A stretch of DNA of 64,000 bases from an uncultured Rhodospirillaceae bacterium (GCA_964611435.1 CAZSXT010000003.1:102100-166099), one strand, 5' to 3'; positions 1 through 11,147 are shown, numbered from the stretch's first letter. Notes: generated from the sequence alone by a model not told the origin. Translations and numbers: made by a program.

Positions 1-2
1 AG

Positions 3-209
3 TGGGACGAACGGCCGCTGTTGGTCTGCGTCCTGGCCGACGGCCAAAGCGTCGAACCGGTGGAGCTATTGAATATTTACGACGGGAAGGTGGCCAAATG
101 GTGGGTGCCGGACGCGGTGGAGTTTGTCGACGAACTGCCCCACACGGCGACCGGCAAGCTGCAGAAAATGACGCTACGGGAGAGGTTTAAGGATTACCGG
201 GTGGCCTGA
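3..209 (+). CDS. C-terminal fragment of an AMP-dependent acyl-CoA synthetase/ligase (ANL superfamily); 5' end outside window
   Basis: Frame is open from the window edge to TGA 207-209. The peptide ...[30 protein letters not shown] matches the conserved C-terminal subdomain (TGK lysine) of acyl-CoA ligases. Recognised by eye. Confidence 0.6.
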   Translation, partial: WDERPLLVCVLADGQSVEPVELLNIYDGKVAKWWVPDAVEFVDELPHTATGKLQKMTLRERFKDYRVA

Positions 210-216
210 GGCCGGC

Positions 217-1161
217 CTAATATTCCACCGGCGCGGCTTTATCCTTGCGCACCACCATAAAGATGCCGGCGCAGACCAGCACGCCGCCGGCAATGTGATA
301 ACTGAACAGCTGCTCTCCCAATAGCCAAATACCCAGACCGGCGGAATAGATCGGCATCAGGTTCACGAACACGGCCGCCTTGTTGTGGCCGACCACCCGG
401 TTGCCGGTGTTCCAGAACGCCAGGGACAGGATCGAAATCAGGATCGCCAGCACCAGCGACCAGCCCAACAGCTCCCAGGTAAACGGCGTCGGGCGATAGT
501 AGTAATGCTCGATCAGCCAAGCGGGCGTCAGGAAGATCGTGCCAAATACCAGGATCACGGCCAGCGCCGGAAACACGCCCAGACCCGCCGGCATACGACG
601 CAGGTTCACGGCATAGGACGCGTACATGATCGTCGCCACCACGGTAATCAGGTCACCGATGTTGAAATCCAGGCTCCGGACAACCCCCAGGTCGGCCCGG
701 GAAATCATGATCGACACCCCCGCCAGCGCAGACAACACGCCCATGAGCTGAGTTTTATTGAGTCTATCCCGGAAGAGTATCCAGGCGATGCCGGCGGTCA
801 GCACCGGCTGGGTCGCATTGACCAGTCCTGAATTGGTCGCCGTGGTGAAGTTCACCCCGACAAACAGCAGCACCCCGCCGCCGACCATCAAAAACCCTTC
901 CATCGCAAAGTAACCGAGGTTGGCCTTGACGATATCCATGTTCTTGGAAATCGTCCCCCAGCAGAAGGGTAGCATCACCAACACCGCAATCGACCAGCGC
1001 CCGAAAGACAGACCCAGGGGCGGAATTTCTTGATGCACCGCGCGGGCAATAACCACGCCGGCCGACCAGAAAAACACCGTAATCGCCAGCAGGGCATAGG
1101 CTTGGCCGGGTTTGACCTTCAGGGCGCCGGAGGGTGCGTCGTGGCTGGAACTGTCGGACAT
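217..1161 (-). CDS. DMT superfamily (EamA-like) transporter
   Basis: 314 aa and strongly hydrophobic, with about 10 predicted TM segments in two repeated halves, typical of EamA/RhaT proteins. Confidence 0.8.
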   Translation of the reverse strand: MSDSSSHDAPSGALKVKPGQAYALLAITVFFWSAGVVIARAVHQEIPPLGLSFGRWSIAVLVMLPFCWGTISKNMDIVKANLGYFAMEGFLMVGGGVLLFVGVNFTTATNSGLVNATQPVLTAGIAWILFRDRLNKTQLMGVLSALAGVSIMISRADLGVVRSLDFNIGDLITVVATIMYASYAVNLRRMPAGLGVFPALAVILVFGTIFLTPAWLIEHYYYRPTPFTWELLGWSLVLAILISILSLAFWNTGNRVVGHNKAAVFVNLMPIYSAGLGIWLLGEQLFSYHIAGGVLVCAGIFMVVRKDKAAPVEY

Positions 1162-1255
1162 TGCAGGGGAATTCTTGTTGTTTTGCTTCTGCGTTCGGCG
1201 TGGAATTTACGGCGCGGGACAGGCTTTGTCACGCATTTGGGGGGGGTATTGGACG

Positions 1256-2002
1256 CTAGTCCAATTCCATCGTGCCGCCGTCCATGGGCAGCGCGCCGGT
1301 GAGCCACTGGCGCATCAGCTCATTCACCGTTTCCGGGCGCTCCAACGTGATCAGATGCGCCGCCTCGGCAATCAGGGCGAGCTTGGCCTTGGGCAGGAGT
1401 TTCAACATGTCCCGGGACAACTCGGGCGGGAGAAGTTCGTCCAGGGCGCCGCACAGCACCAATGTGGGGCACATCACTTTGGGCAGGAAATCGGTCAGAT
1501 CGGTCGCCGCCGACAGCGCGCTCACCTGTCGGGTGAAGCGGTCCGGGCCGACCGAGTCCGCCATGTCGTTAACGGTCTTCACCAGACGCTGATTACCCTG
1601 ATTGTCCGGCTGCAGAAACAGTTTCAGCATCTGCGCTTTCACCGCGTCGAACTCGCCGGCGGCGGTCGCGTCCAGCATGGCGCGTCGGCGGGCCTGGCGG
1701 GCTTCACCCTCCACCGCGGCGGTGCTGTCCAAGAGGCCCAAATGGGTTACCCGGTCACCGCCCAGTTTCTTGACCAAAAGCGCCACATAGCCGCCCATGG
1801 AGCTGCCGGCGATGGCAAACTTGGGCGGAGATTCGGTGAGGATCGCCTGGGCCATCTCCTCCACCGTATCGTGGCGGAGATGGGCGCGGGTCACCACCAC
1901 CGTGCCGAGATCGCTCAAACCCTCGACCTGCGGCTGGAACAGCGCCTCGGTGCCGAGCAAACCCGGCACCAGAACGAGATGAATGTGATCGGCCATCCGC
2001 AC
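1256..2002 (-). CDS. alpha/beta-fold hydrolase
   Basis: 248 aa. Has the nucleophile elbow GSSMGG (GxSxG) after an N-terminal LVLVPG strand, and a C-terminal H in an AAHL context. Confidence 0.75.
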   Translation of the reverse strand: MRMADHIHLVLVPGLLGTEALFQPQVEGLSDLGTVVVTRAHLRHDTVEEMAQAILTESPPKFAIAGSSMGGYVALLVKKLGGDRVTHLGLLDSTAAVEGEARQARRRAMLDATAAGEFDAVKAQMLKLFLQPDNQGNQRLVKTVNDMADSVGPDRFTRQVSALSAATDLTDFLPKVMCPTLVLCGALDELLPPELSRDMLKLLPKAKLALIAEAAHLITLERPETVNELMRQWLTGALPMDGGTMELD

Positions 2003-2026
2003 CTCCCTAGACGTCGAGGCGAAATG

Positions 2027-4132
<2,106 letters not shown>

Positions 4133-4226
4133 CTCGATTCCCTTTTATCCGTAAACCTCGCGATATGCCGGGCGGGAACCTAATGGATCGTGTCCGCCGG
4201 TTCAAACGGGGATTCTATTGTGAGAC

Positions 4227-4934
4227 CTACCCCTCGTTGGGCAGGCAGGTCACCGCGTATTCGTGGGTGATTTTGCGGCCCAGGACCGGGTCATCCAGCT
4301 CGATCCGGAAGGCGTCCATGGGACGGACGCCACCGATGACGGCCAGAGTGCCGCAATACATCAACGTGCCGTCGGCGAGATCACCGTCCGCGGCTCCACC
4401 TATATGCTGGCTGTAGCGGCCGATCAGTTCCTCCGGCGCCAGCATGGTGGTGACCGGGCCTTCCTGATACAGGCTGGCGTCACCGCCGGTCACCGCCCAG
4501 GCGCGTAGCATAAGCTGGTCCCAGTGGTCGATGACTTCCTCATAGGCCCAGAGTTGCGGCCCCACCGGCTTGGCGCAGGCTTGCTTGGAGATGCTGACGT
4601 TCTGTGTTTCCACCTTTCGGTCGGTGTGATCGGAACCGACCCCCAGCCACATGGTTCCCTGCTGGGCGATCAGCACGAACTCCACCTCGCCGGAAGAATC
4701 ATCGCCGACCACTTCGATGGCGCCGTCGGTGGTCAGCAATTCCGCCGCGCCGCGATAGAAGATCGGCGTGGTCTTGGGTCGGGCGACGCCGATTTCCTCC
4801 AGCTCCTTGATGTGGGCCTCCATGGCCTCTTTGTTGCGGCCGGTCCAGCCGGCGATCACAAGATTATTGATGGTGATCTCGGCCTGGCGCGCCGCGCCGT
4901 CTTTCGGCAATTGTTCAAAAGTCAGAATAGGCAT
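4227..4934 (-). CDS. DUF2848-like protein (uncharacterised, FAH-fold related)
   Basis: 235 aa. The N-terminus ...LVIAGWTGRNKEAMEAHIKELEEIG... resembles the DUF2848 family as I remember it. No search was run. Confidence 0.55.
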   Translation of the reverse strand: MPILTFEQLPKDGAARQAEITINNLVIAGWTGRNKEAMEAHIKELEEIGVARPKTTPIFYRGAAELLTTDGAIEVVGDDSSGEVEFVLIAQQGTMWLGVGSDHTDRKVETQNVSISKQACAKPVGPQLWAYEEVIDHWDQLMLRAWAVTGGDASLYQEGPVTTMLAPEELIGRYSQHIGGAADGDLADGTLMYCGTLAVIGGVRPMDAFRIELDDPVLGRKITHEYAVTCLPNEG

Positions 4935-5006
4935 GAGGTCCTCTTCAAGTGTGCTCTGCCGAACCCGGTCGGGTTTTCATGGTATTGGCGAGATGGAGTC
5001 TGAAAA

Positions 5007-6500
5007 TCACTGCCAATCGGTATACTCCGCGTCACCGGCGGCCGATTTCTCGGGAATGTCGTATTGACCCATCACGTGGTCGACCACACTCTCGAACATT
5101 TCCCAGGGCGCTTCCCGGAAAGAATGGTTGCGCACGATGAACGACGCGCCGGCGTAGAACTTTTCATATTGTTGCTGGCGGCCGGCAAATTCAGAGCCCA
5201 CCACATCCCAAGCGAGCCGGAACAATTTCATCCGGTCGGCGGCGCCCATTTGCGGTGTCTGGAAGTAAGCCTCGAAATCCTCCCGTAGTTTTTCGTCGTG
5301 CACCACAGAGATGCTCGCCGGCATCTGGAATACACCGCCGCCGCAAAGTTCCCGCAGGACATCGACGATCATGGAATGGTTTTCCGTGCACCAGTTGAGG
5401 GCTGCGTACATCATGCGCCGGTTGTAGGTCGTGTATCCCTCCGGCCAGCTTTCCGCGGCCTCGATTTGGCCATGGATCATGCCGGACAAAGTCGCTTCCA
5501 GCGCCGCCATTCGGCCCAGGGTCTCTCTGACCGCCGGCACCTGATCGGCGCCTGTGGCTTTGGTCACCCTGCTGCAGAGACCGGTGATCAGCTCCATCTT
5601 TGACCAGAAACGGACATTGGCCTGGTGGTTGCCATAGCAATGGCCGGGGGATCGAATATAGATTTCGCGGGCGAGGATGGCGTCATCCATGACGAACACC
5701 TTCTCCCACGGGACCTTGACGTTGTCGCACATGACCAGAACGTCGGTTTCATCCATGTTCCAAGTCAGTGGCGAGTCGAACTGATTTTCCGCATTCAGAG
5801 AGATCGGCTGACGCATCCACATCGTTAGCCCGGGGATATTGCAGGGAATCCCACAGGTGACAGCCTGTTTCACCTGATCCGGCGCCAGGGGCAATAAGTT
5901 GCCGATCCAAATTTCATCACAGAAGACGGCGCTGGTGGCCAGCATCTTCATGCCGGAAATGGTGACCCCTTCTTCATCTTCATCGACCACCATCAGGGTC
6001 GGGATCGGCAGATTATTTTTCTCGTAGAATTCCGGATTGCGGGCGGCCTGGGGCGGCAGCACGGCATAGGTGGCGAACAGATCACCTTTCTTCATGTATT
6101 CGTAATAAGAAACGATGTTCTTACCGAACTGGTATTCATCGGTGTCAAATATTGACGGGCTCGTCGCCATACCGGTGACAAAGCTGGCCACGTGATCCAT
6201 CGACCGGCCCATCATGCCGCAGGTCTGATCGGCGATCAGCTTGTGGGCGGTCGTTCGCTTGCGAAGATCTTCCCGGCTTTTGGCCTGGAGAAACCACATG
6301 GAATACCGCTCGCCATCTTCTTCATAGCTCAGCGCGTCCTGTAGCTCAGGATCGTGCTTCAGATCATAAAGAGCGGCGACGGTCTTTGCCGCCTCCCGGA
6401 ACGCCGGGTGGGTGGTGACATCTTCAACTTTCTCATCACCGATATAAACGACACGGCCGTCCTTGAGGCCTTCGAGATGTTGTTTGCCTGTTTTGATCAA
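5007..6500 (-). CDS. 4-hydroxyphenylacetate 3-hydroxylase family flavin-dependent monooxygenase, oxygenase component (HpaB-like)
   Basis: Family-typical N-terminus (GKQHLEGLKDGRVVYIGDEKVEDVTTHPAF) and length. The start is moved to TTG at 6500, preceded by GGGGAG. The track ORF extension to 6587 would overlap the MarR gene. Confidence 0.85.
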   Translation of the reverse strand: MIKTGKQHLEGLKDGRVVYIGDEKVEDVTTHPAFREAAKTVAALYDLKHDPELQDALSYEEDGERYSMWFLQAKSREDLRKRTTAHKLIADQTCGMMGRSMDHVASFVTGMATSPSIFDTDEYQFGKNIVSYYEYMKKGDLFATYAVLPPQAARNPEFYEKNNLPIPTLMVVDEDEEGVTISGMKMLATSAVFCDEIWIGNLLPLAPDQVKQAVTCGIPCNIPGLTMWMRQPISLNAENQFDSPLTWNMDETDVLVMCDNVKVPWEKVFVMDDAILAREIYIRSPGHCYGNHQANVRFWSKMELITGLCSRVTKATGADQVPAVRETLGRMAALEATLSGMIHGQIEAAESWPEGYTTYNRRMMYAALNWCTENHSMIVDVLRELCGGGVFQMPASISVVHDEKLREDFEAYFQTPQMGAADRMKLFRLAWDVVGSEFAGRQQQYEKFYAGASFIVRNHSFREAPWEMFESVVDHVMGQYDIPEKSAAGDAEYTDWQ

Positions 6501-6519
6501 AGCCGATCTCCCCTTTGAG

Positions 6520-7080
6520 TCAGTCGTCCGTACCGGTACGGCGGCTTTCCATGGAATTCTGATAGTGTGCGGTCGCCAACGTACCATCGGCGTTGGCGGT
6601 GAACTTCTCTAAAAGGTCTCGAAACAAATTGAACTCCTCCCGGCTGAATCCGGCAAAAAGTCCGTCATTGACCTCCGCTGTCACCGGGGTAACGGTTTCG
6701 ATTGCCAGGGTGCCCTGCGCTGTCAAGGCAACCAATACGGAACGCCGGTCCTCCGCATTGGGGATTTTATGGACGTAGCCAATTCTCACCAATTTGCCGA
6801 CCTCGACGGTCACGTGAGACGACGCGACTCGCAATTGAGATGCCACCTCTTTGATGGATACACCCCGTCCGTCATGCCCCCGAGCAATGACCATCAATAT
6901 CTGATACTGCCGCCCAGTTAGGCCGATCTTATCACCCATTATGGCGCGCAGCTCTTCCAGCATTTGCCCGGTAGAGAATAGATTGTGAATCGTCCGACGC
7001 AGCTCGTGGTCGTTACCATCAAGTAATACTGTATCCAGCGACGCGCTAAGCGGTGGCGTGTACGAGGCGTTTGAATTCAT
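6520..7080 (-). CDS. MarR family transcriptional regulator
   Basis: 186 aa. Winged-helix core ...LTGRQYQILMVIARGHDGRGVSIKEVASQLRVASSHVTVEVGKLVRIGYVHKIPNAEDRRSVLVALT... A perfect palindrome lies just upstream. Confidence 0.85.
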   Translation of the reverse strand: MNSNASYTPPLSASLDTVLLDGNDHELRRTIHNLFSTGQMLEELRAIMGDKIGLTGRQYQILMVIARGHDGRGVSIKEVASQLRVASSHVTVEVGKLVRIGYVHKIPNAEDRRSVLVALTAQGTLAIETVTPVTAEVNDGLFAGFSREEFNLFRDLLEKFTANADGTLATAHYQNSMESRRTGTDD

Positions 7081-7101
7081 GAACCAAACTATCTACGTAA
7101 T

Positions 7102-7122
7102 TTATGTATGTAACATACATAA
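7102..7122. promoter_or_regulatory. perfect 21-bp palindrome, candidate MarR autoregulatory operator
   Basis: TTATGTATGT-A-ACATACATAA starts 22 bp upstream of the MarR start (7080) and sits in an AT-rich intergenic region. Confidence 0.5.
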
Positions 7123-7161
7123 TAGACCGGCCGAATTGAGTCAAAGAAAAGTTCTCAACTT

Positions 7162-7551
7162 TTAGGAATCGTCGGCGTCGTAGTAATAATGCAGCTCGAA
7201 CATCACGCAGCCCTTCTCTGACTTGAAGGGCCCGTGGAACACGCCCGGCGGGCGGCACGCATAAGTCGGCGCGTGAAATTGTTCACCCCCTTCGCCGTTT
7301 TCGTCGTTGCCGACGATCAGATCGCCTTCAACCAAGTACACCTCTTCCCAGTGATCATGAACAAAGGGCGCGGTGGAATAGACGCCCGGCAGGATGCGCA
7401 GGAACCGGGACCGGCTGCCGGTCTTGCCGTCTTCATCCAGGTCGCTGGTCAGGACCTTCTGTTGCATGCCGGCGGGATAACCTTCGGGCTCTTCCCAGCC
7501 CTCGTCCATGTTGAGGGGCAGAAATTCCAGATGGGGTTTGCCTTTGCCCAT
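7162..7551 (-). CDS. monocupin protein
   Basis: Beta-rich sequence with ...HDHWEEVYLVEGDL...GVFHGPF. The start is set at ATG 7551, preceded by GGAGGAACACATT. The track ORF start at 7614 lacks an RBS. Confidence 0.7.
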   Translation of the reverse strand: MGKGKPHLEFLPLNMDEGWEEPEGYPAGMQQKVLTSDLDEDGKTGSRSRFLRILPGVYSTAPFVHDHWEEVYLVEGDLIVGNDENGEGGEQFHAPTYACRPPGVFHGPFKSEKGCVMFELHYYYDADDS

Positions 7552-7700
7552 AATGTGTTCCTCCGAACTTGGCGCCTTTTGTGTAGTCCCTGGCACCGGG
7601 TAAAAATAAGTCATTGAAATTGCGTCGTTTTATTTTCGCTGGTGCCAGGCACCTTTTCAAGCGGTGGAATGACTCGCGTCGTGACGTCCTTTCTGTTAAA

Positions 7701-7726
7701 TTAGCTAAGCTACTTAGTTAATTAAG
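7701..7726. promoter_or_regulatory. near-palindromic AT-rich site TTAGCTAAG-CTA-CTTAGTTAA in a divergent promoter region
   Basis: Seen in sequence between the cupin gene (minus) and the UbiD operon (plus). It shares the CTAAG/CTTAG pentamers with the motif family listed below, but the half-site geometry differs. Confidence 0.35.
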
Positions 7727-7767
7727 TCAATAAGCCAATCACCACGTTGTCACCACGGGAGGCGGCT

Positions 7768-9144
7768 ATGGCCACGAAAAACACCCTGGATAAGGACCTT
7801 CGCGGATACCTGGACACCAACAAGGATATCCTGACAGTGATCGACAAGCCGGTGTCCATCGACGATATCGGCGCGCTCTCGGCGCAGAGCGAGGGCCCCA
7901 TCCTGTTTGAAAACATCAAGGAGCATCCAGGTTTCCGCCTCTGCGACATGCTGGTGAAGCGGCGCTGGACCCAATGCCGGACCTTGGGCGTCGCGGAGGA
8001 AGACTATCTGCCGACCCTCGCCCAGCGCCTGCGCAAGCCGCCCCGGGGGCTAGTGGATGTCGACACCGGCCCGGTAAAGGAGGTGATCTGGACCGGGGAC
8101 GACGTGGACTGGCTTAAACTGCCGATTCCCATCCATTCCGAGGACGAGACCGAACCGCTGGTCACCGCCATGAACATCGTCAAGGACCCGGAGACCGGGT
8201 TCTACAATTCCTGCCACGCCGCCACCCAGGCCGTCGGCCCGCGCACCGGTCTCGTCAGCTTTGTCACGCCGCACACCCATGCGGTCATGCAGAAATACAT
8301 CGAGCAGGGTGCGACCGAGATGCCCATCGCCATCGTTTTCGGCATTCCGCCGGCATACGAGATCATGGGCAACTTCTCAGGCCTACACATGGATTTGTGG
8401 GGGGAGATGGAAATGGTCGGCACGATTATGGATATGGATATAGAGATGGCGCCCTGCGAGACCATCGACCTGACCATCCCCGCCCATGCGGAGATCGTCG
8501 TCGAAGGCACCATCAACCTGGTCGACAAGACCGACATCGGCATCGGCGTCGGGCCGTCCATGTATTATTTGCCCAAGCAGGCCTCGCTGCCGGAGATCAA
8601 TATTACCGCGATTACCATGCGGTCCGACCGGCCGATTTACCGTAATCACCAGACCTGCCCGGACACGGATCATCAGCCCCTGCCCCGGCTCTGCCATGAA
8701 GCGGTTCTCTACAACAGGGTCTCTGAAATCGGCATCAAGGTGCACGATGTGCAATTCCCGACCTGGGGCGCGGCGCTCTCCTGCATCATCAAGCTCGAAG
8801 CGCCCCGCGAAGGATTCGTCAATGATGCGCTGATGCAGTGCATGGGCGCGCCGTGGCTCAACACCAAGATGGTGGTCGCGGTCAGCCCGGACACCGACAT
8901 CAACGACCCGGCCCAGGTCTATCACGCCATTGCGACGCGCTGTGATCCGTCGCGGGACATCATCACCGTGGACAATACCCGTGGCTCCCCCTACGACCCG
9001 TCGGCCGCACCTCTGGACGCGTTCTGGCGGACGGTGGGTAAGATCGGCATCGACGCCACCCGCAAGTCCCGCCACAACGCGGGCGACTTCGGCCGGTCCT
9101 GGCCCAAGAACTGGGGCAAGGCCGACCTCAACGACTATCTTTAA
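7768..9144 (+). CDS. UbiD family (prFMN-dependent) non-oxidative decarboxylase
   Basis: About 458 aa with UbiD-like features throughout (LRGYLD...ILFENIKEHPG..., central acidic/metal region, C-terminal ...GIDAT.K). ATG 7768 is preceded by GGGAGG. Confidence 0.85.
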   Translation: MATKNTLDKDLRGYLDTNKDILTVIDKPVSIDDIGALSAQSEGPILFENIKEHPGFRLCDMLVKRRWTQCRTLGVAEEDYLPTLAQRLRKPPRGLVDVDTGPVKEVIWTGDDVDWLKLPIPIHSEDETEPLVTAMNIVKDPETGFYNSCHAATQAVGPRTGLVSFVTPHTHAVMQKYIEQGATEMPIAIVFGIPPAYEIMGNFSGLHMDLWGEMEMVGTIMDMDIEMAPCETIDLTIPAHAEIVVEGTINLVDKTDIGIGVGPSMYYLPKQASLPEINITAITMRSDRPIYRNHQTCPDTDHQPLPRLCHEAVLYNRVSEIGIKVHDVQFPTWGAALSCIIKLEAPREGFVNDALMQCMGAPWLNTKMVVAVSPDTDINDPAQVYHAIATRCDPSRDIITVDNTRGSPYDPSAAPLDAFWRTVGKIGIDATRKSRHNAGDFGRSWPKNWGKADLNDYL

Positions 9145-9157
9145 AGGAGAAACGACG

Positions 9158-9778
9158 ATGGATGCACCCAAGCCCAGGACTACAGAAGAACCGGAACCGT
9201 TTATTCCCTATGTGGAGGAAAAAGACTATCCGGAAAGCCTGCTGCCTTTACTCGGTCCGTATATCGAGCGCATGGGGTTTCTGCCCAACGCGCTTAAGCT
9301 CTATATGCACCGCCCTGAAATCGCCGGCACGTTGTTCGCGCTCAACAGCAATATCATGCGTGATCCGTCCTCGACCCTGGATCAACAGCTCAAACGTAAA
9401 CTGGCCGCCGTCGCCAGTAAGATCAACGGGTGCACCTATTGAACCAGTCATCACTGCGGCGTGCTGCAGAACGATGGAGAAGACGGCGCCGAAGGCTGGG
9501 ATGTGGACAACGCGGAACTGACCGAGTTGCTGACCGACCCCAAGCCCAAGGACGAATTCGAGAAGGCCTGCTTTGATTACGTTGAGGCTGCTTCTTTCGA
9601 CCCTGCCAATGTGCCGGACGAGGTGCTGGACAATCTCAAGACCCACCTGAGTCCGCCGCAAGTTGTGGAACTCGCCTGCGTGGTGGGTTTTTGGAAAATG
9701 TACAACACCATCCACGACAGTCTGAAAATCCCGCTGGAACAGCATCTTCACGGGGTTTCCGGCTTTGTGGATCTCTGA
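9158..9778 (+). CDS. AhpD/carboxymuconolactone-decarboxylase (CMD) family peroxidase-related protein with in-frame TGA (probable selenocysteine) at 9440-9442
   Basis: RBS AGGAGA at 9145-9150. Two same-frame ORFs are split only by the TGA. Read-through gives ...KINGCTY[TGA]TSHHCGVL..., which is the family C-x-Y-C-x-x-H signature. C-terminal ...VVELACVVGFWKMYNTIHDSL is CMD-like. The stop overlaps the next gene start (TGATG). Confidence 0.6.
9449..9477 (+). other. candidate bacterial SECIS hairpin
   Basis: Core stem CUGCGG/CUGCAG (9454-9459 with 9464-9469, including one G-U pair) with apical loop CGUG. It begins 12 nt after the UGA and is extended by CAUC/GAUG (9449-9452, 9473-9476). Folded by eye only. 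Confidence 0.35.
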
Positions 9779-10314
9779 TGGCGGACACGTTCCCGCCCCT
9801 CACCGTCAGCCGGAAGGCCCTGCTGGAAGACAGCGGCGATCAAGCCTTCCGGCAGATGGTCTATGATCTGCTGACCGTCTCCGTCCGCATGCAGCGGGTG
9901 CGGGATGAGGTCGCCGGGTTGTTGGGGGTCACCGGTCCACAGCACAGTATCCTCATGTACATCGCCCACTTCGCCGGCGACCGGGGCGTCAGCGTCAAGG
10001 AAACGGCTGACCATCTGCACGTCTCCGGTGCGTTTGTCACCGTCGAGGTCAAAAAGCTGATGGACTGCGGCTGGCTTCATAAACTGACCGACCCGGACGA
10101 CCGCCGCCGGGTGCGGCTGCTGCTTAGCCCCGAAGGTGAACGGCGGATTACGGATATTGCGCCCGTTCTTTGCCGCATCAACGATATGTTCTTCGGCGGC
10201 CTGTCGTCGGAAGACTTCGACCGGCTCCGCGACATGGCGGCACGGCTGGTGGATGGCTCGGAAGACGCCTTGGGCTTGATGCCGTCGAGCCTTGATGCCA
10301 TAGCATCCGCCTGA
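9778..10314 (+). CDS. MarR family transcriptional regulator
   Basis: 178 aa. ...LLGVTGPQHSILMYIAHFAGDRGVSVKETADHLHVSGAFVTVEVKKLMDCGWLHKLTDPDDRRRVRLLLS... The ATG overlaps the upstream stop, indicating translational coupling. Confidence 0.85.
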   Translation: MADTFPPLTVSRKALLEDSGDQAFRQMVYDLLTVSVRMQRVRDEVAGLLGVTGPQHSILMYIAHFAGDRGVSVKETADHLHVSGAFVTVEVKKLMDCGWLHKLTDPDDRRRVRLLLSPEGERRITDIAPVLCRINDMFFGGLSSEDFDRLRDMAARLVDGSEDALGLMPSSLDAIASA

Positions 10315-10337
10315 TCAAGTATTCCCGGAGACTTACC

Positions 10338-11147
10338 TTGCCCACCAAAACCGTGAACGGCGCGACGCTCAACTTCTTGGAGGCCGGCGTGGGTGAACCT
10401 CTGGTTCTCCTTCATTGTTCGTCCAGCACCGCTCGGCAGTGGCGGGGCTTGTGCGAGCTCTTGGCTGACGGTTTCCGCACCCTCGCCATCGACATGTATG
10501 GCTATGGCGGTACCGGCGATTGGTCTGGCGACACCAAGACCCTTCTCACCGACGAAGGCGACCTGATCCGCGCGGTGACCGAGGATTGCCCCGACGGATT
10601 TCATTTACTGGGCCATTCATACGGCGGGACCATCTGCATGCGCCTGGCGCTGGAATTTCCGGACCGGCTGAAAAGCCTGACCCTGATTGAACCCACCACG
10701 CCGTGGCTGCTGGACCCGGCAGCCGACAAGGCGGCCTATGACGAGATTTGCAAAACTGCGGATGAGTTCCAGTCCGCCTTCGAAGCTGGCGATCCGGAAC
10801 CGGGGATCGAATATTACTTTGATTACTGGAACGGACCCGGCGCGTGGAAGACCGCGCCCGACGAGGTCCGGGCCTATTGCATCAAAACGGCAGAGAAAAC
10901 CTATCGGGAGTTCGATGTCATTCTGGATACGGCGCATCAGGTCGCGCCGTTGAGCGCCCTTGCCATGCCGCTGCTGCTGGTTCGCGGCCAGGAGACCCGC
11001 GCGCCGGCCCGGCGGGTGACAGAAATTATTCACGACGCCCTGCCACATTCCACCTTGGCGGAAATCCCCGGCGGCGGTCACATGTCGCCGATCACCCATG
11101 CGGATCAAGTGAATGAGGTCGTGGCTGGGTTTTTAAGGGGGCTGTAG
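10338..11147 (+). CDS. alpha/beta-fold hydrolase
   Basis: 269 aa. LVLLHCSSS..., nucleophile elbow GHSYGG, C-terminal GGGHMSP. TTG start with GGAG 7 nt upstream. Confidence 0.8.
   Translation: MPTKTVNGATLNFLEAGVGEPLVLLHCSSSTARQWRGLCELLADGFRTLAIDMYGYGGTGDWSGDTKTLLTDEGDLIRAVTEDCPDGFHLLGHSYGGTICMRLALEFPDRLKSLTLIEPTTPWLLDPAADKAAYDEICKTADEFQSAFEAGDPEPGIEYYFDYWNGPGAWKTAPDEVRAYCIKTAEKTYREFDVILDTAHQVAPLSALAMPLLLVRGQETRAPARRVTEIIHDALPHSTLAEIPGGGHMSPITHADQVNEVVAGFLRGL

Noticed and set aside
4160-4200. Imperfect GC-rich inverted repeat downstream of the DUF2848 gene
   Set aside because: The stem is mismatched and there is no U-tract, so it is not distinguishable from background GC-rich sequence.
6501-6587. 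Upstream extension of the HpaB-like ORF to ATG 6587
   Set aside because: It would overlap the 3' end of the MarR gene by 68 nt. A TTG at 6500 with a GGGGAG RBS gives a family-typical N-terminus.
7588-7653. TGGCAC-containing sequences (CCCTGGCACCGGG, and GGTGCCAGGCACC also found at 11469) considered as sigma-54 promoters
   Set aside because: There is no TTGC element at the required spacing of 4-5 nt. The sequence is a self-complementary palindrome that also occurs inside a repeat cluster.
9162-9521. 119-aa ORF in an alternative frame across the TGA region
   Set aside because: It gives a Cys/Arg/Ser-rich nonsense-like sequence. The CMD-family homology is entirely in the other frame, on both sides of the TGA.
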